Both the position numbers and the translations under genes were made by a program. This document shows, piece after piece, positions 37,700-50,126 of a stretch of DNA of 64,000 bases; position 1 is the first letter of the stretch; each line of letters starts with the position of its first letter. Source of the stretch: Octopus sinensis (lineage: Eukaryota); NCBI RefSeq assembly GCF_006345805.1, contig NC_043006.1:43276001-43340000 (forward strand), read 5' to 3'. The notes beneath the pieces are model-generated. The model had not been told where the DNA came from. It searched no databases and was given only the letters and a program-made list of their open reading frames with translations.

Positions 37700-38115
37700 T
37701 AGGGTGCCAAGAGCACCATCCGAGCGTGATCGTTGCCAGAGCAGCCAACTGGCTTCCGTACCCCACCATCCGAGTGTGATCGTTGCCAGAGCAGCCAATT
37801 GGCTTCCGTACCCGTGGCACGTACAAGGGCACCATTCGAGTGTGATCGTTACCAACGTCGCTTCACTGGTACCTGTGCCGGTGGCATGGGTAAAAAGATT
37901 CGAGCGAGGTCATTGCCAGTACCGCCTGACTGGCCCCCGTGCCGGTGGCACGTAAATAGTACCCACTATACTCTCGAAGTGGTTGGCGTTAGCAAGGGCA
38001 TCCAGCTGTAGAAACTCTGCCAGATCAAGATTGGAGCCTGGTGCAGCCATCAGTCAAAATCGTCCAACCCATGCTAGCATGGAAAGCGGACGTTAAACAA
38101 TGATGATGATGATGA
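37700..38115 (+). mobile_element. RTE 3' tail copy with shortened tandem units
   Basis: GCACCATCCGAGCGTGATCGTTGCCAG units followed by the AAGGGCATCCAGCTG...(GAT)n tail. Confidence 0.85.
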
Positions 38116-39084
38116 GGATTCCAAATGATTATTAAAGTGTCTAATACTCTTAATTATATATTCAGGTAAAAAAAAATGTATCAGATCATATTTCAAGATT
38201 TCTAAAAGTGATTTAATGTTTATTATATCATAATTCGAAAGGATTTATCATCAAATTAATATAAATGGGTTCATTAGCTGTGATCACTTTTTCCCAATAA
38301 ACATTTAGATTGGAAAACGAAATTGTTTAAGAGGTATTTTGGAAGATAAATACAATTGTACAAGTAAAAGGGATTAAGTGATGATAGAGTTTTAAGGATT
38401 CTGCCATAAATATTTTCTATTACTAAAGTAAAACTGTATGTAGAACTAAGTCTTAATTTAACATTATTCTTTTTGAAACTTTATATATGTGGGTGTCTTT
38501 TTTTAAATATGTACATAGTAAATGAAAGAAATGTGTGGTGGAGTTTGTGTGCAGACAAAGAAAATAAAAGATTATGCGATAAAACTATGCATCTTTTATT
38601 TCCATTTTTTCTAACATGAGAATTGATATTGAAATTATTAATGTGAGTAATCTTATTTTTAAAACTACAAACTTCTAATGTTTCGTTATAACAAGAAACT
38701 AGTTTGTTAAAGAAAGACACATCATATTAAATATTGGATAAAGTTCTACTCACATTTGTAACTAAATTATTTATAATACTATAAGGATGATTAACATTTA
38801 AATATATATATATGAATATATATATACATATAGTTAAATATATACATATATCATCATATACATATATATATAATTATATATATATATATACATATATTTT
38901 GTAATTGCTCAAATGTTTCTCTGAATAAATGATATTTATTAATTGAATTTAAGGCAATATTTAAAAAGATTAAATATATGTAACTTAGTATTATCAGTAA
39001 TCTTTATGTCTAAGACTAAATAATTCACTGAGAAATTTTTCTGAAATTATGTAACAGTTAAACCTTCATTCTATATGCAAAGGA

Positions 39085-39254
39085 TATAGCTACTGAGTTA
39101 GAAATTAGTGATAGAGTTGAATGTTTAGCTCAATGTAGACCATACATAGCATTTAAGACTGCAAAACAGATTTTTGTTAGTAATCCATCTTGTAAATTAA
39201 TAAGGACCACCAAACATGAGTTAAATATAATCAGTAAAAATATCTTATACTCTA
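39085..39254 (+). pseudogene. Penelope-like RT N-terminal fragment
   Basis: IATELEISDRVECLAQCRPYIAFK...FVSNPSC.LI..TKHEL..ISKNIL resembles the PLE RT N-terminus. Confidence 0.6.
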
Positions 39255-39271
39255 AACAGATTTCTATTAGA

Positions 39272-39502
39272 GTGTGGCCATTGCCAGTACCACCTGACTG
39301 GCCCTCGTACCGGTGGCACATAAAAGCACCCACTACACACTCGGAGTGGTTAGCATTAGGAAGGGCATCCAGCTGTAGAAACTCTGCCAGATCAGATTGG
39401 AGTCTCGTGCAGCCATCTGGTTCGCCAGACCTCAGTCAAATCGTACAACCATGCTAGCATGGAAAAATGGACGTTAAACAATGATGATGGTGATGATGAT
39501 GA
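39272..39502 (+). mobile_element. RTE 3' tail copy with one tandem unit
   Basis: Same tail consensus ending (GAT)n. Confidence 0.85.
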
Positions 39503-40568
39503 TAAATCCATCTTGTAGCTTAATAAGGAGTACCAAACATAAGTTAGGTATGGTCAGTAAAAATGTCTTGTACTCTAGAATCCTTGAAACTAAATTAACA
39601 ACTGTCTTTTCACCTTCTGAGATAACAATATCCTTGTTATTAAATGGTTGACAGTATTGGCAATAAGTATCTTTATTAATTCCTTCAGTTTGAAATGATC
39701 AAATTTTATACTTCAGTAATCAAATTTCTACTCCAAAAAGCACCATTTTCCTTTTTTATTTTTGACAAGAATGACATATTACTCAGTAAATCCATTATAA
39801 AAATAATTATGCTCCATTACTTTCTTTTGATAGTATCTCTTGGCAAAAAAATTTAGTGTCATTATTGCGAATGTGCATGTATGCATACACTGCACACGCA
39901 TAAGGACATATATGAAGAGAAAGAGAGAGAGAGAGAGTGGGGGGAGTAGAAGATTAATGTATCATATTCAAAGTTAATATATTCTGATAGGTAAATTCAC
40001 TGCAGTGTTCAACCAGAGATAATGCCTCTAATGGACGAGCTGTGCTTAAAACACAATACATATTGGAGGCAGACAAAAGTCAGTGGCTGGAGAGAATGTT
40101 AGATGCATTTCTGATTTATTGTGCTTTGTCAGTAGCATTCACTTATAGCCGGCTGCATGCCAAGAAGAAATCCCTCACCACCAATATAGGGAAACAGTGA
40201 ACAGACATTTACTGATGCTGCAAATAGTTGCTCAGCTGAATAAAAATCCATTATATGCAACAGAAGCAGTATTAGATTAAAATAGTCATTTGTGCATCAT
40301 ATTTGATATGAATACATTATTGAAAGGTAAATTTTCTGTTGTATTAACCCAGAGATAATATCTCATATGGATCTGCTAGCATTCTTTTCCAGATGCTGCA
40401 AAGACTATTTCCATTTGCTTCTGGTAAATCTTTTCAAACACAGTATATCCATAAGAGATATTATTTCAGGTCAAATACTACAGTAAGTTTACCTATCACA
40501 ATGTATTAACTTTGAGTATGATAAACAAATTACTATTTTAATCTAATACTGATTCTGTAGCATATACT

Positions 40569-40602
<34 letters not shown>

Positions 40603-41125
40603 TACAAACACACATACACATATATATGACAAAGGCCCAAGTTACCTGGCACCTGGCCATACTCAAGAAGACCCATACCCAACAGCAGAAGTGTTAAGAC
40701 TGATCTTTCTGGCTGTATAAAGCATTCATGGTGGTGCCACATAAAAAAGCACCCAGCACACTCTTTAAAATGGTTGGCATTAGGAAGGGCATCCAGCCAT
40801 AGAAACCAAGCCAAATCAGACTGGAGTCTGGTATAGATCCCTCAGCTTGCCAGCTCTGGTCAAACTGTCCAGCCCATGCTAACATGGACAACGGACATTA
40901 AATGATGATGATGATATATACATACACACACACTCCTTCCCTCTCTCTCACACACACACATCATCATCATCGTTTAACGTCTGCTTTTCATGCTAGCATG
41001 GGTTGGACGATTTTGACTGAGGGCTGGTGAACCAGATGGTTGCACCAGGCTCCAATCTTGATCTGGCAGAGTTTCTACAGCTGGATGCCCTTCCTAATGC
41101 CAACCACTCCGAGAATACATATATT

Positions 41126-41556
41126 CTTTCCTACTCTAGGCACAAGGCCAGAAATTTTGGGGGCAGTCGATTAGATCGACCCCAGTATGCAACTAGTTCT
41201 TAGTTTACCAAACCTGAAAGGATGAAAGGCAAAGTTGATCTTGGCAGAATTTGAACTCAGAACGTAAAGACAGACGAAATACTGCTAAGCATTTCACCCA
41301 GCGTGCTAACATTTCTGCCAGCTTGCCGCCTTAAAAATTTCATTTTCTACACTTGGCACAAGGCCTGGAATTTGTGGGGAGGGAGCCAGTCAATTAAATT
41401 GACCCCAGTATCCAACAGGCACTTAATTTATCGGTCCCAAATGGATGAAAGGCAAAGTTGACCTCAGTGGAATTTGAACTCAGAACGTAAAGACAGCCGA
41501 AATACCGCTAAGCATTTTGCCCGGCGTGCTAACGTTTCTGTCAGCTCACCACCTTG
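41126..41556 (-). mobile_element. SINE family B head-to-tail dimer (dimer B)
   Basis: Linker TAGAAAATGAAATTTTTAAGG on minus; CATATATT at 41118 and 41557. Confidence 0.85.
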
Positions 41557-42994
41557 CATATATTATACACAAATCACTTGTACCTGTGTCACTTGTATCG
41601 ACCAGACAATCAGATGTTGTTGTGGAAGGAAAGGTATTTTTTAATAGAATCAATACATTGGAAATAATGTTACGCACATATCCACCCACTACTAGAGGAT
41701 TTCCATTCAGTTAATTGGCAAATATTCATTAACATGCTATAATCACTGGTCCTCTTATAAATCATTTCTTCTCTCTGTCTCTTCTACCATTACTAAGATA
41801 GCCCCTCCTCCTAATCTGAATCCACAAGCTGAGTACCACCCCCTCGTCAGCTTAACTGAAGCACTTGGGTTTTCATCTCTGACAACCCCAATTTTCTCTG
41901 CCCTTCCACCCAAACCTGGCCCTAAAAACTTTGTTCAGTCATTTTTCTGTATTGCAACTTACCTTCTTGACTTCCCCATCTACTTGAGTTATTGTTGTTG
42001 TGGTTGTTGTGTTTAAAATTTATCATGTATGGGCAGACTTGTGTTTAAAAGCATTCCAAGTGGGACCATTTCAGTCATTAGACCAGTCTATCTCGGACTA
42101 CATCATCTTATGTGTCCTTCCCTTTTTAAGAAGGTATGGTGTTTTATTTATTAAATTTTTGATTCCCAGTTCTAGCAGATTCAGCAAATGTGTAGGCGTT
42201 CTTTCATTGGTGCTCTACTCAAGTTTTTCCTCCAGGCAATGATCAGCAGAAGTTCAACTTGCATATCAACAGCACTTATCACAATAATCTGCAAAATTTT
42301 TAAGAGACATATCGATACTTCTAAGCAGCATCTCAAGAGTGTGTGAAATCTTTCTACATAATAGCTATTAATAAATAATCTAGTTATTTTATCAATTACA
42401 TTGAATGTTGTTGTCACAAAGAATAACACATATGTGAAGTTGTTATTTTATGACATGAAGTAGCTTATATTATTGTAAGTAGACTGTAAAGAATTTGGAC
42501 TCAAGTTTTAAATATTTAGCTCTGTATACAATATAAAATAATTAAAATTATTTTTGTGTATTTGAAGATTTAAAGCAGTATAAACACATGTATAGAATTA
42601 ATCTAAAATTCTAGCGGCTACATAAAATGTTATCTACGACAAAATTAATAATTAATAGTTAGACTGCAGTGATATTAATTAATATATTTGCTTGAAGAAT
42701 AATTTTATAAAAGGAAATATAGAAATAACTAAAGAAATAAAATTCTGTAAAATTCTTGCAGTTATATTTGTCAAGAGTGTAAAGTTTCAATAGGCTTAGT
42801 ATTAAAATTACATATAAAATCAAAAATGATCAAAGTTATTGTTATATAAAATATATGAAATATGTGTGTGTGTGTGTGTGTATTATGTATATTATAAACA
42901 TAATAAAGAATTTCTCTGTGGGAATATACTGTTTGCTCTGTAGTATGTATGTGTGTGTGTGTGTGTGTGTGTTTATATAATATGTATGTGTAGT

Positions 42995-43565
42995 TGTAAA
43001 TAAGTAAGCATCATCATCGTCGTTGCTGTCGTCATAGTCGTCGTCGTCATCATCATCATTATTGTCATCATCGTCATCGTTGTTGTCATCGTCATAATCA
43101 TCGTCATTATCACCACCTATCATCGTTATTGTTGCCGTCATCGTCATCGTCGTCGTCTTCATCATCATCGTTGTCATGTTCATCATCGTCATCATCATCA
43201 CCATCTATCATCATCATTGTTGCCGTCATCATCGTCGTCATTGTTGTCATGTTCATCGTCGTCTTCATCATCATCTTCATCATAATCATTGTCATCGTCA
43301 TCATCACCATTGTCACTGTCATCTTCATCATCATCATCATCGTTGTTACTGTTGTCACGGTTATCATCAGCATCACCATCATCTTAGTCGTCATCATCAT
43401 TATCATTATCATCATCATCATTATCATCATCATCATTATCATCACCATCGTCGTCGTCACTATCATCATCATCACCATCATCACCACTATCATCATCATC
43501 ATCATCATTGTCGACAACATCATCATCATCATCATCATCATCATCATTGTAGTCACCGCTGTCAT
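42995..43565. repeat. Degenerate (CAT/CGT)n block with internal higher-order duplication
   Basis: Directly visible; TATCATC..ATTGTTGCCGTCATC..TTGTCATGTTCATC occurs twice. Confidence 0.9.
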
Positions 43566-44465
43566 CATCTTTGTTTTATGTCTGCTTTCCCTGCTGGCAT
43601 GGGTTTGGCTGGTTCTCACACTGTCCAAGTCACTTCTTGACCACAGTGGCTTAGGTGACCATGTCTCATTAATACAGTCTGTTTTGCTAAGGTTCCTACA
43701 GTAAGATGTCTTTCTCACCACCAAACACTTTACAAAGTGTGTTCGGTCATTCTCTCATGCTGTTAGCTTTCAAAGAGCTTGTCAGTTCCTCAACAACACA
43801 CTGCTAAAATGGTCCTCTTGATTCCATGTTGCTTCTATATGTTTGTCAACTATATTGTTCTGTACCCTGCAAGATGAAAAGGACCTCCAAATTCTATGAT
43901 TCTCTCATTCGTTCAGAGCATGAAAGCAAAAGAAGAGAGTGTAGAAGGACTGAATGAAGAAGATGAACAAAGATGAGGAGAAAGAAGCAAGAGTATGAAT
44001 GAATGGCTACAGAGTGACTTTAGTGGCAATATAGAAGGGGAATGGGAAGGAAATAATAATAAATAGAAATGGGCAGGAGAGTAAGAAGAGGGAGAGTTAG
44101 GGAGAGAAACACTAATGCAGCTACATGTGAAATAGAGAGGGGGAGAGAGAGACAATGAGAGAGGGGGGTGAAGAGTGAATGGCAGGTGATTGTAAAAATA
44201 ACCGTGGTAAGATTGTGGGATGAATGTCACTAACATGGCATCTGGATGAAATGAGGTGGTTATGCATAAACAAGATCAATGTTTGCTGGCAAGACTTAGA
44301 GCAAATGATGGATAATTGTGATAACAATGACATAAGAATGATGGATATCAAGAAGAGAGTGGTGTAAAGGAGAGAGAGAGCGAGTGTGTGTGTGTGTGTG
44401 ATGGATAATATTACAGAGATGATTATCAATACAGGAGGATAAAGTGAGTAGATACCTACACATCT

Positions 44466-44990
44466 AGGCGTAGGAGTGGGTGTGTGGTAAGAAGCTTGCT
44501 TATGAACCACATGATTCCAGGTTCAGTCCCACTGCGTGACACCTTGGGCAAGTGTCTTCTACTATAGCCTCGGGCCAACCAAAGCCTTGTGAGTGGATTT
44601 GGTAGACAGAAACTGAAAGAAGCCTGTCGTTTATATATATATATAAAGTTAATTCAAACATGAAAACACAAGGAGAAAACACAACAACACGAGGATGTGG
44701 AACATATATAGTATTATTGGACGCTCAGGAAGGAAGGGAAGAAGGAGGGTTTAATGTTTCAAGCGGAGCTCTTCGTCAGAAATATAATGTTTGTGTGTCT
44801 GTGTTTGTCCCCCAACATCGCTTGACAACCGATGCTGGTGTGTTTACATCCCCGTAACTTAGTGGTTTGGCAAAAGAGACCAATAGAACAAGTACTATGC
44901 TTACAAAGAATAAGTTCTGGGGTTGATTTGTTTGACTAAAGGCAGTGCTCCAGCATGGCCACAGTCAAATGACTGAAACAAGTAAAAGTG
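44466..44990 (+). mobile_element. SINE family A interrupted in its central (TA)n by a PLE-type terminal fragment (44645-44785)
   Basis: 5' half to about 44640, 3' half from about 44786. Confidence 0.9.
44747..44783 (-). ncRNA. Decayed minimal hammerhead motif
   Basis: TTT-CTGACGA-A-GAGC TCC GCTT-GAAA-CA-TT-AAA; stem III pair lost, consistent with CpG decay of GAAACGTT. Confidence 0.55.
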
Positions 44991-45146
44991 TAAAAAAGTA
45001 AATGATACAAGCACTCTTTACTCAGGCACCAAGTGGGATGGAAAGTGAAGTAGAGAGATAAGATGGTGGAAAGGGATTGACAGTGAACAGATTCGATGTT
45101 GCTCAGGTAACCCTGTGCAATGAACAGGAGAAGACAATACAATAAT

Positions 45147-45917
45147 CTTCTTTTCTACTACTTTTCTACACTAGACACATGGCCCGAAATTTTTGGGGAG
45201 GGGGCCAGTCGACTAGATTGACCCCAGTACACAACTGGTACTTAATTCATTGACCTCGAAAGGATGAAAGGCAAAGTCAACCTTGGCGGAATTTGAACTC
45301 AGAATATAACAGCAGACGAAATACCGCTAAGCATTTCACCCGGCGTGCTAACGTTTCTGCCAGCTCACCACCTTCATCCTGCTTAATATTCTTTTCTACT
45401 TAAACACATGGCCCGAAATTTTGTGGGAGAAGGCCAGTCGACTAGATCGACCCCAGAATGCAACTGGTAATTAATTCATCAACCCTGAAAGCACGTCAAT
45501 AATAATAATAATAATGATGATGCTGAAGAAGAATAAAAGCTACCCAGTTACTTCTCTAACAACAACAACATCAATAACAACATTGACTGGATGAAAGGAT
45601 GAAAGGCAAAGTCAACCTTATTGGAATTTGAACTCAGAACATAAAGACAGAAGAAATACGCTAAGTATTCCGCCCAGTTTCTTATTTCTTTATTGCCCAC
45701 AAAGGGCTAAACATAGAAGGGACAAACAAGGACAGACAAAGAGATTAAGTTGATTACATCGGCCCCAATGCGTAACTGGTACTTAATTTATCGACCCCGA
45801 AAAGATGAAAGGCAAAGTCGACCTCAGCAGAATTTGAACTCAGAGCATAACAGCAGACGAAATACCGCTAAGCATTTCGCCTGGAGTGCTAGCGATTCTG
45901 CCAGCTTGCCACCTTAG
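45147..45917 (-). mobile_element. Cluster of same-orientation SINE family B units bracketed by one 15-bp direct repeat
   Basis: AGACAATACAATAAT at 45132-45146 and 45918-45932. Confidence 0.8.
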
Positions 45918-46074
45918 AGACAATACAATAATGAGAGGGTAATGAATAAGCAAGACTGGCAGCAGAAGGTGACTAACAGAAACAAAAGGAGTCAAATGCT
46001 TGGATGCAGATATACATACTATATAGCCCAGCTACCATCACAAACTCCATTTTAACCTACATTACACCAAGCTT

Positions 46075-46720
46075 GCATGAATGATCATGTTTTCTCTGCA
46101 TTATGTGCAACAGTCATCATGGCCCTTAATCATTTCTTCCATGATAATGCCATTTTGAGATTAGTCTTCACCATTTTATCTCAAGTCTTCTTCAGTCTCC
46201 TGTTTTTTCCACATGTTCCAATTTTGAGGATTCGTACTGCTTTATGCACCAGAATCCTTTCATATCTTTTCTTTTCCACATTATATCTAATTCTGCATTT
46301 ATCTAGTTTTTCTCTCAGCTTAATTGAACTTTGTTGCTCATGCACACTAACAGTACACATCCACCAAAGCATACTTAATCAATTTCTTTCTTGTCTTTGT
46401 ACATCGTCATTATTCAAAGCCAATATCTCACAACATGTTAAACAACACTCCATACTCAAGCGTCTGTCTCAAAAAGCCCTTTGTTGCTAGCAGATATAAT
46501 AGTTCTCAGAACTTTTTCCAACCTGTTTTGACTCTGATTCCTATATTTTCAAAGCATCAATTCCCACTATTAATTATGTCTCCTTGGTAATGAAAACTAT
46601 AACTAATTTTACAAAGCCTTCTGGGCATTTGAGAGAAACGATTTCCAATGTTTTCTAAAGGCTTGTTGCTCCCATGCATCAAAAGCATGTGAAGTCTGTC
46701 TTCTCTGTTTACCAAACTGT
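46075..46720 (-). pseudogene. Decayed RTE ORF C-terminal fragment, same lineage as 34183-36149
   Basis: MLWWMCTVSVHEQQSSIKLREKL versus MLRWMCNVSVHTQQSVSTLREML. Confidence 0.8.
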
Positions 46721-47146
46721 GACCCTTCTTTGTTCCTTGAGTACACTATATGGAATTCTTACCAACTTTCTTGAACATGAAGCATTGCCCTTTCCTTAAG
46801 GATAAAGCCTTCTCTTATACTTACTATTGGGTTGTCCAGAAAGTTCGTGGAGTGAGAAAGTGGGTGAGGGAAAGAGGGAGAAAAAGGGAAGGAAAGAAAG
46901 AAGAATCAACACCAGTATTTGAGTGGTACTTTATCAATCTTTGGAAATTGGAAGGCAAAGTTGACTGTGGTAGTGTTTGAACTTAGATTGCAGAGAGCTA
47001 AAATAAATACCGCAAAATGTATCTGACACTCTAACAACTCAACTTCACTATCCAATATGTATGATATTCACAATACACATTCACACACACAGACAATGTA
47101 TATCTGTGTGTGTATGCATTTGTAAATATGCATATATATGTGTGTG

Positions 47147-47183
<37 letters not shown>

Positions 47184-47530
47184 GATATATATATATATAT
47201 TATATATATATATATATGTATATATGTATATATGTATATATATGTGTGTTGTGTGTGTGGTGTGTGTGTATATGCGTGTGTGTGTATATATATATACATA
47301 TGTATAAACATATATAACATTATCATCATTTAGTGTTGATGATGATGATGATATTATGTATGTTTATAGTTATACACACACACATATATTTACATATTTA
47401 TATGTATATGTGTATATATATATATATATCTATATATATACATATAAATATAATATATACATTTAAATATATATACATATAAATATATATATATTATATA
47501 TACAATTATATATACATTATATTTATAATT

Positions 47531-47581
<51 letters not shown>

Positions 47582-48319
47582 ATATAATATATACATGTAA
47601 ATATAATATACATATAAATATAATATATACATTATATATACAATTATATATACATTATATTTATAATTTATATACATATATATATATATATATATATCAA
47701 ATATTATATCATATTGTATATATATGCACATATATGTGTGTGTGTGTATATATATGTATGTATGTATGTATGTATATATTATATATATTATACCATATTG
47801 GTAATAGCTCTTGCAGCTCTTTGTTAATGCTTGTCTGGTTAAGTTCACAACAATAAAAATTCGTTAATTAGTTTATTGTTGTTTCTTTGTGTTTCAGGAA
47901 CACTTGTAGCCATCTTTGTTGCGAGTTATTTGAATGTTTGTGATGTGTTCCTGTATTCCTGTAGTTCTGGGTGAGGCAGTCATAATTGATATTGAGTACA
48001 CATGTGGAATGCTATGAATAGAAACTCTACAGTAAACCAAGATTAATTTAGTTTCAGAATGTGACAATATTTGCTTCTAATGGAAGTCTGGGAAATATGA
48101 GCAGAATAAAGTAATTAGTTATGTTAGAAATCATTAAAAATTTGGAATTATAAATTTACAGTGGTGTTTTCCTTTTGTAACAAGTTGTTAATCTTGTTTC
48201 GATGTTGTTGTTATTGTTGTTGGTGGTGTTGTTTAGCCCCAGGTTAGATTTGATTGAGTAAACCAATGATCAAAGTCGGTCCAGCTATGACAGTCTTGTA
48301 TTTTTGTGTGTTTGTATTC

Positions 48320-48525
48320 TTTTCTACTTTTTTACTCTAGGCACAAGGCCTGAAATTTGTGGGGAGGGGGGCTAGTCGATTGGATCTACCCCAGTACACA
48401 ACTAGTACTTAATTTATCAAGCTTGAAAGGACGTAAGGTAAAGTCGACCTCGGCGGAATTTGAACTCAGAAAGTAAAAACAGATGAAATACCGCTAAGTA
48501 TTTCACCCGGCATGCTAATGTTTGT
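48320..48525 (-). mobile_element. SINE family B monomer, head truncated
   Basis: CTAGGCACAAGGCCTGAAATTTGTGGGGAG...GGATTTGAACTCAG family sequence. Confidence 0.8.
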
Positions 48526-48534
48526 ATTATTTTA

Positions 48535-48739
48535 TTCTTTTACTTGTTTCAGTTATTTTGATTGTGGCCATGCTGGAGCACTGCCTTTAGTCAAACAAAT
48601 CAACTCCACGACTTATTCTTTGTAAGCCTAGTACTTATTCCATTGGTCTCTTTAGCTGAACTGCTAAGTTATGAGGATGTAAACACACCAACATCGGCTG
48701 TCAAGTGATGGTGGGGGAATAAACACAAGACACAAACAA

Positions 48740-48781
<42 letters not shown>

Positions 48782-48890
48782 ATATACATATATATATATA
48801 TATATGACGGGCTTCTTTCAGTTTTCTTCTACCAAATCCACTCACAAGGTTTTGTTCAGCCCAAAGTGCCACACAGTGGGACTGAACTGG
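48535..48890 (-). mobile_element. SINE family A, near full length
   Basis: Same consensus with an internal deletion. Confidence 0.85.
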
Positions 48891-49085
48891 GGCAACAATT
48901 CGAAGAATCTTAATCAAGCAAATCAACTCTGGTGCTTATTATTTTTTTAAGCCCGGTACTGATTCCATCGATTTCTTTCTCACCAGACTGCTAAGTTACG
49001 AAGACATAAACACACCAACACTAGCTTTCAAACTGGAGAAGTGACAAACAAACCCACAAAGATATACACATACACACATACACAT

Positions 49086-49690
49086 ATCAGGTTAAGTAAA
49101 ACGTAAGCAGTGTTTTGAATCATGAAGAATCTGTATCGGATTTTTGCAGAGTTTTGAATTTTTTCTAAACATTTTTTTTATCAATTGTCTAATAATACAG
49201 ACATAGACTTGCTCAAATGCGTCAATAAATTAACATTGATATTTTTTCCACCATTGTTACAATCATCTGAAATGGAATTGTCAAAGCATGATATTCGAGC
49301 AATTTTGCTATTCAACTTCAAAAAAGGATGTAAAGCAGCTGAAACTGCTCAAGATATCCATGAAACGTTTGGTGAGGAAATGAGCAGTGAGTGGTCAGTT
49401 CAAAAATGGTTTAAACGATTTCACAGTGGCGACCTAAGCCTTGAAGATTGTGAGTGTAGTGGATACTCATCTCTCATCGATGACAGTCATTTAAAGACCA
49501 TCATTAAGAAAGATCCATATAAAACCACCCAAGAACTGGCAAAAGAACTACAGGTTAGCCAGAAAACTGCCTGCAACCATTTGCATGCGATTGGAAAATC
49601 AAAAAAGCTTGACAAATGGCTACCATACAGTTTGAATGAAAATCTGAAAATATATTAGCTTAGAAGCCACCCTATCAGATGGCTTTTTAA
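49086..49690 (+). mobile_element. mariner transposon 5' part with transposase N-terminal HTH region (truncated)
   Basis: IRAILLFNFKKGCKAAETA..IHETFGE...VQKWFKRFHSGDLSLED...SG...DP..TTQELAKEL.VS..T..NHLHAIGK.KKLDKWLP; no catalytic domain. Confidence 0.85.
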
Positions 49691-49960
49691 GCTAGTATAT
49701 ATATATATATATATATATATGCATACATACATGTATATATATGTATACACATACACACACATATATGCATATATATATATATATAAAGCACCCACTACAC
49801 TCTTGGAGTGGTTGGCATTAGGAAGGGCATCCAGCTGTAAAAGCTCTGCCAGATCAAGATTGGAGCCTGGTGCAGCCATCTGGTTCGCCAGCCCTCAGTC
49901 AAAATCATCCAACCCATGCTAGTATGGAAAGCGGACGTTAAACGATGATGATGATGATGA

Positions 49961-50030
<70 letters not shown>

Positions 50031-50126
50031 GTATGCATATATATCAATAATAATAGTGATTGTTTCTTATCAGGAACAAAATGTTTAATAGGACTGCTAT
50101 AGAAGTGCTCAAGTAAATGAGACAAG

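Noticed and set aside
49185-49658. SETMAR-like host gene
   Set aside because: No SET domain or catalytic domain; it is a truncated mariner copy.
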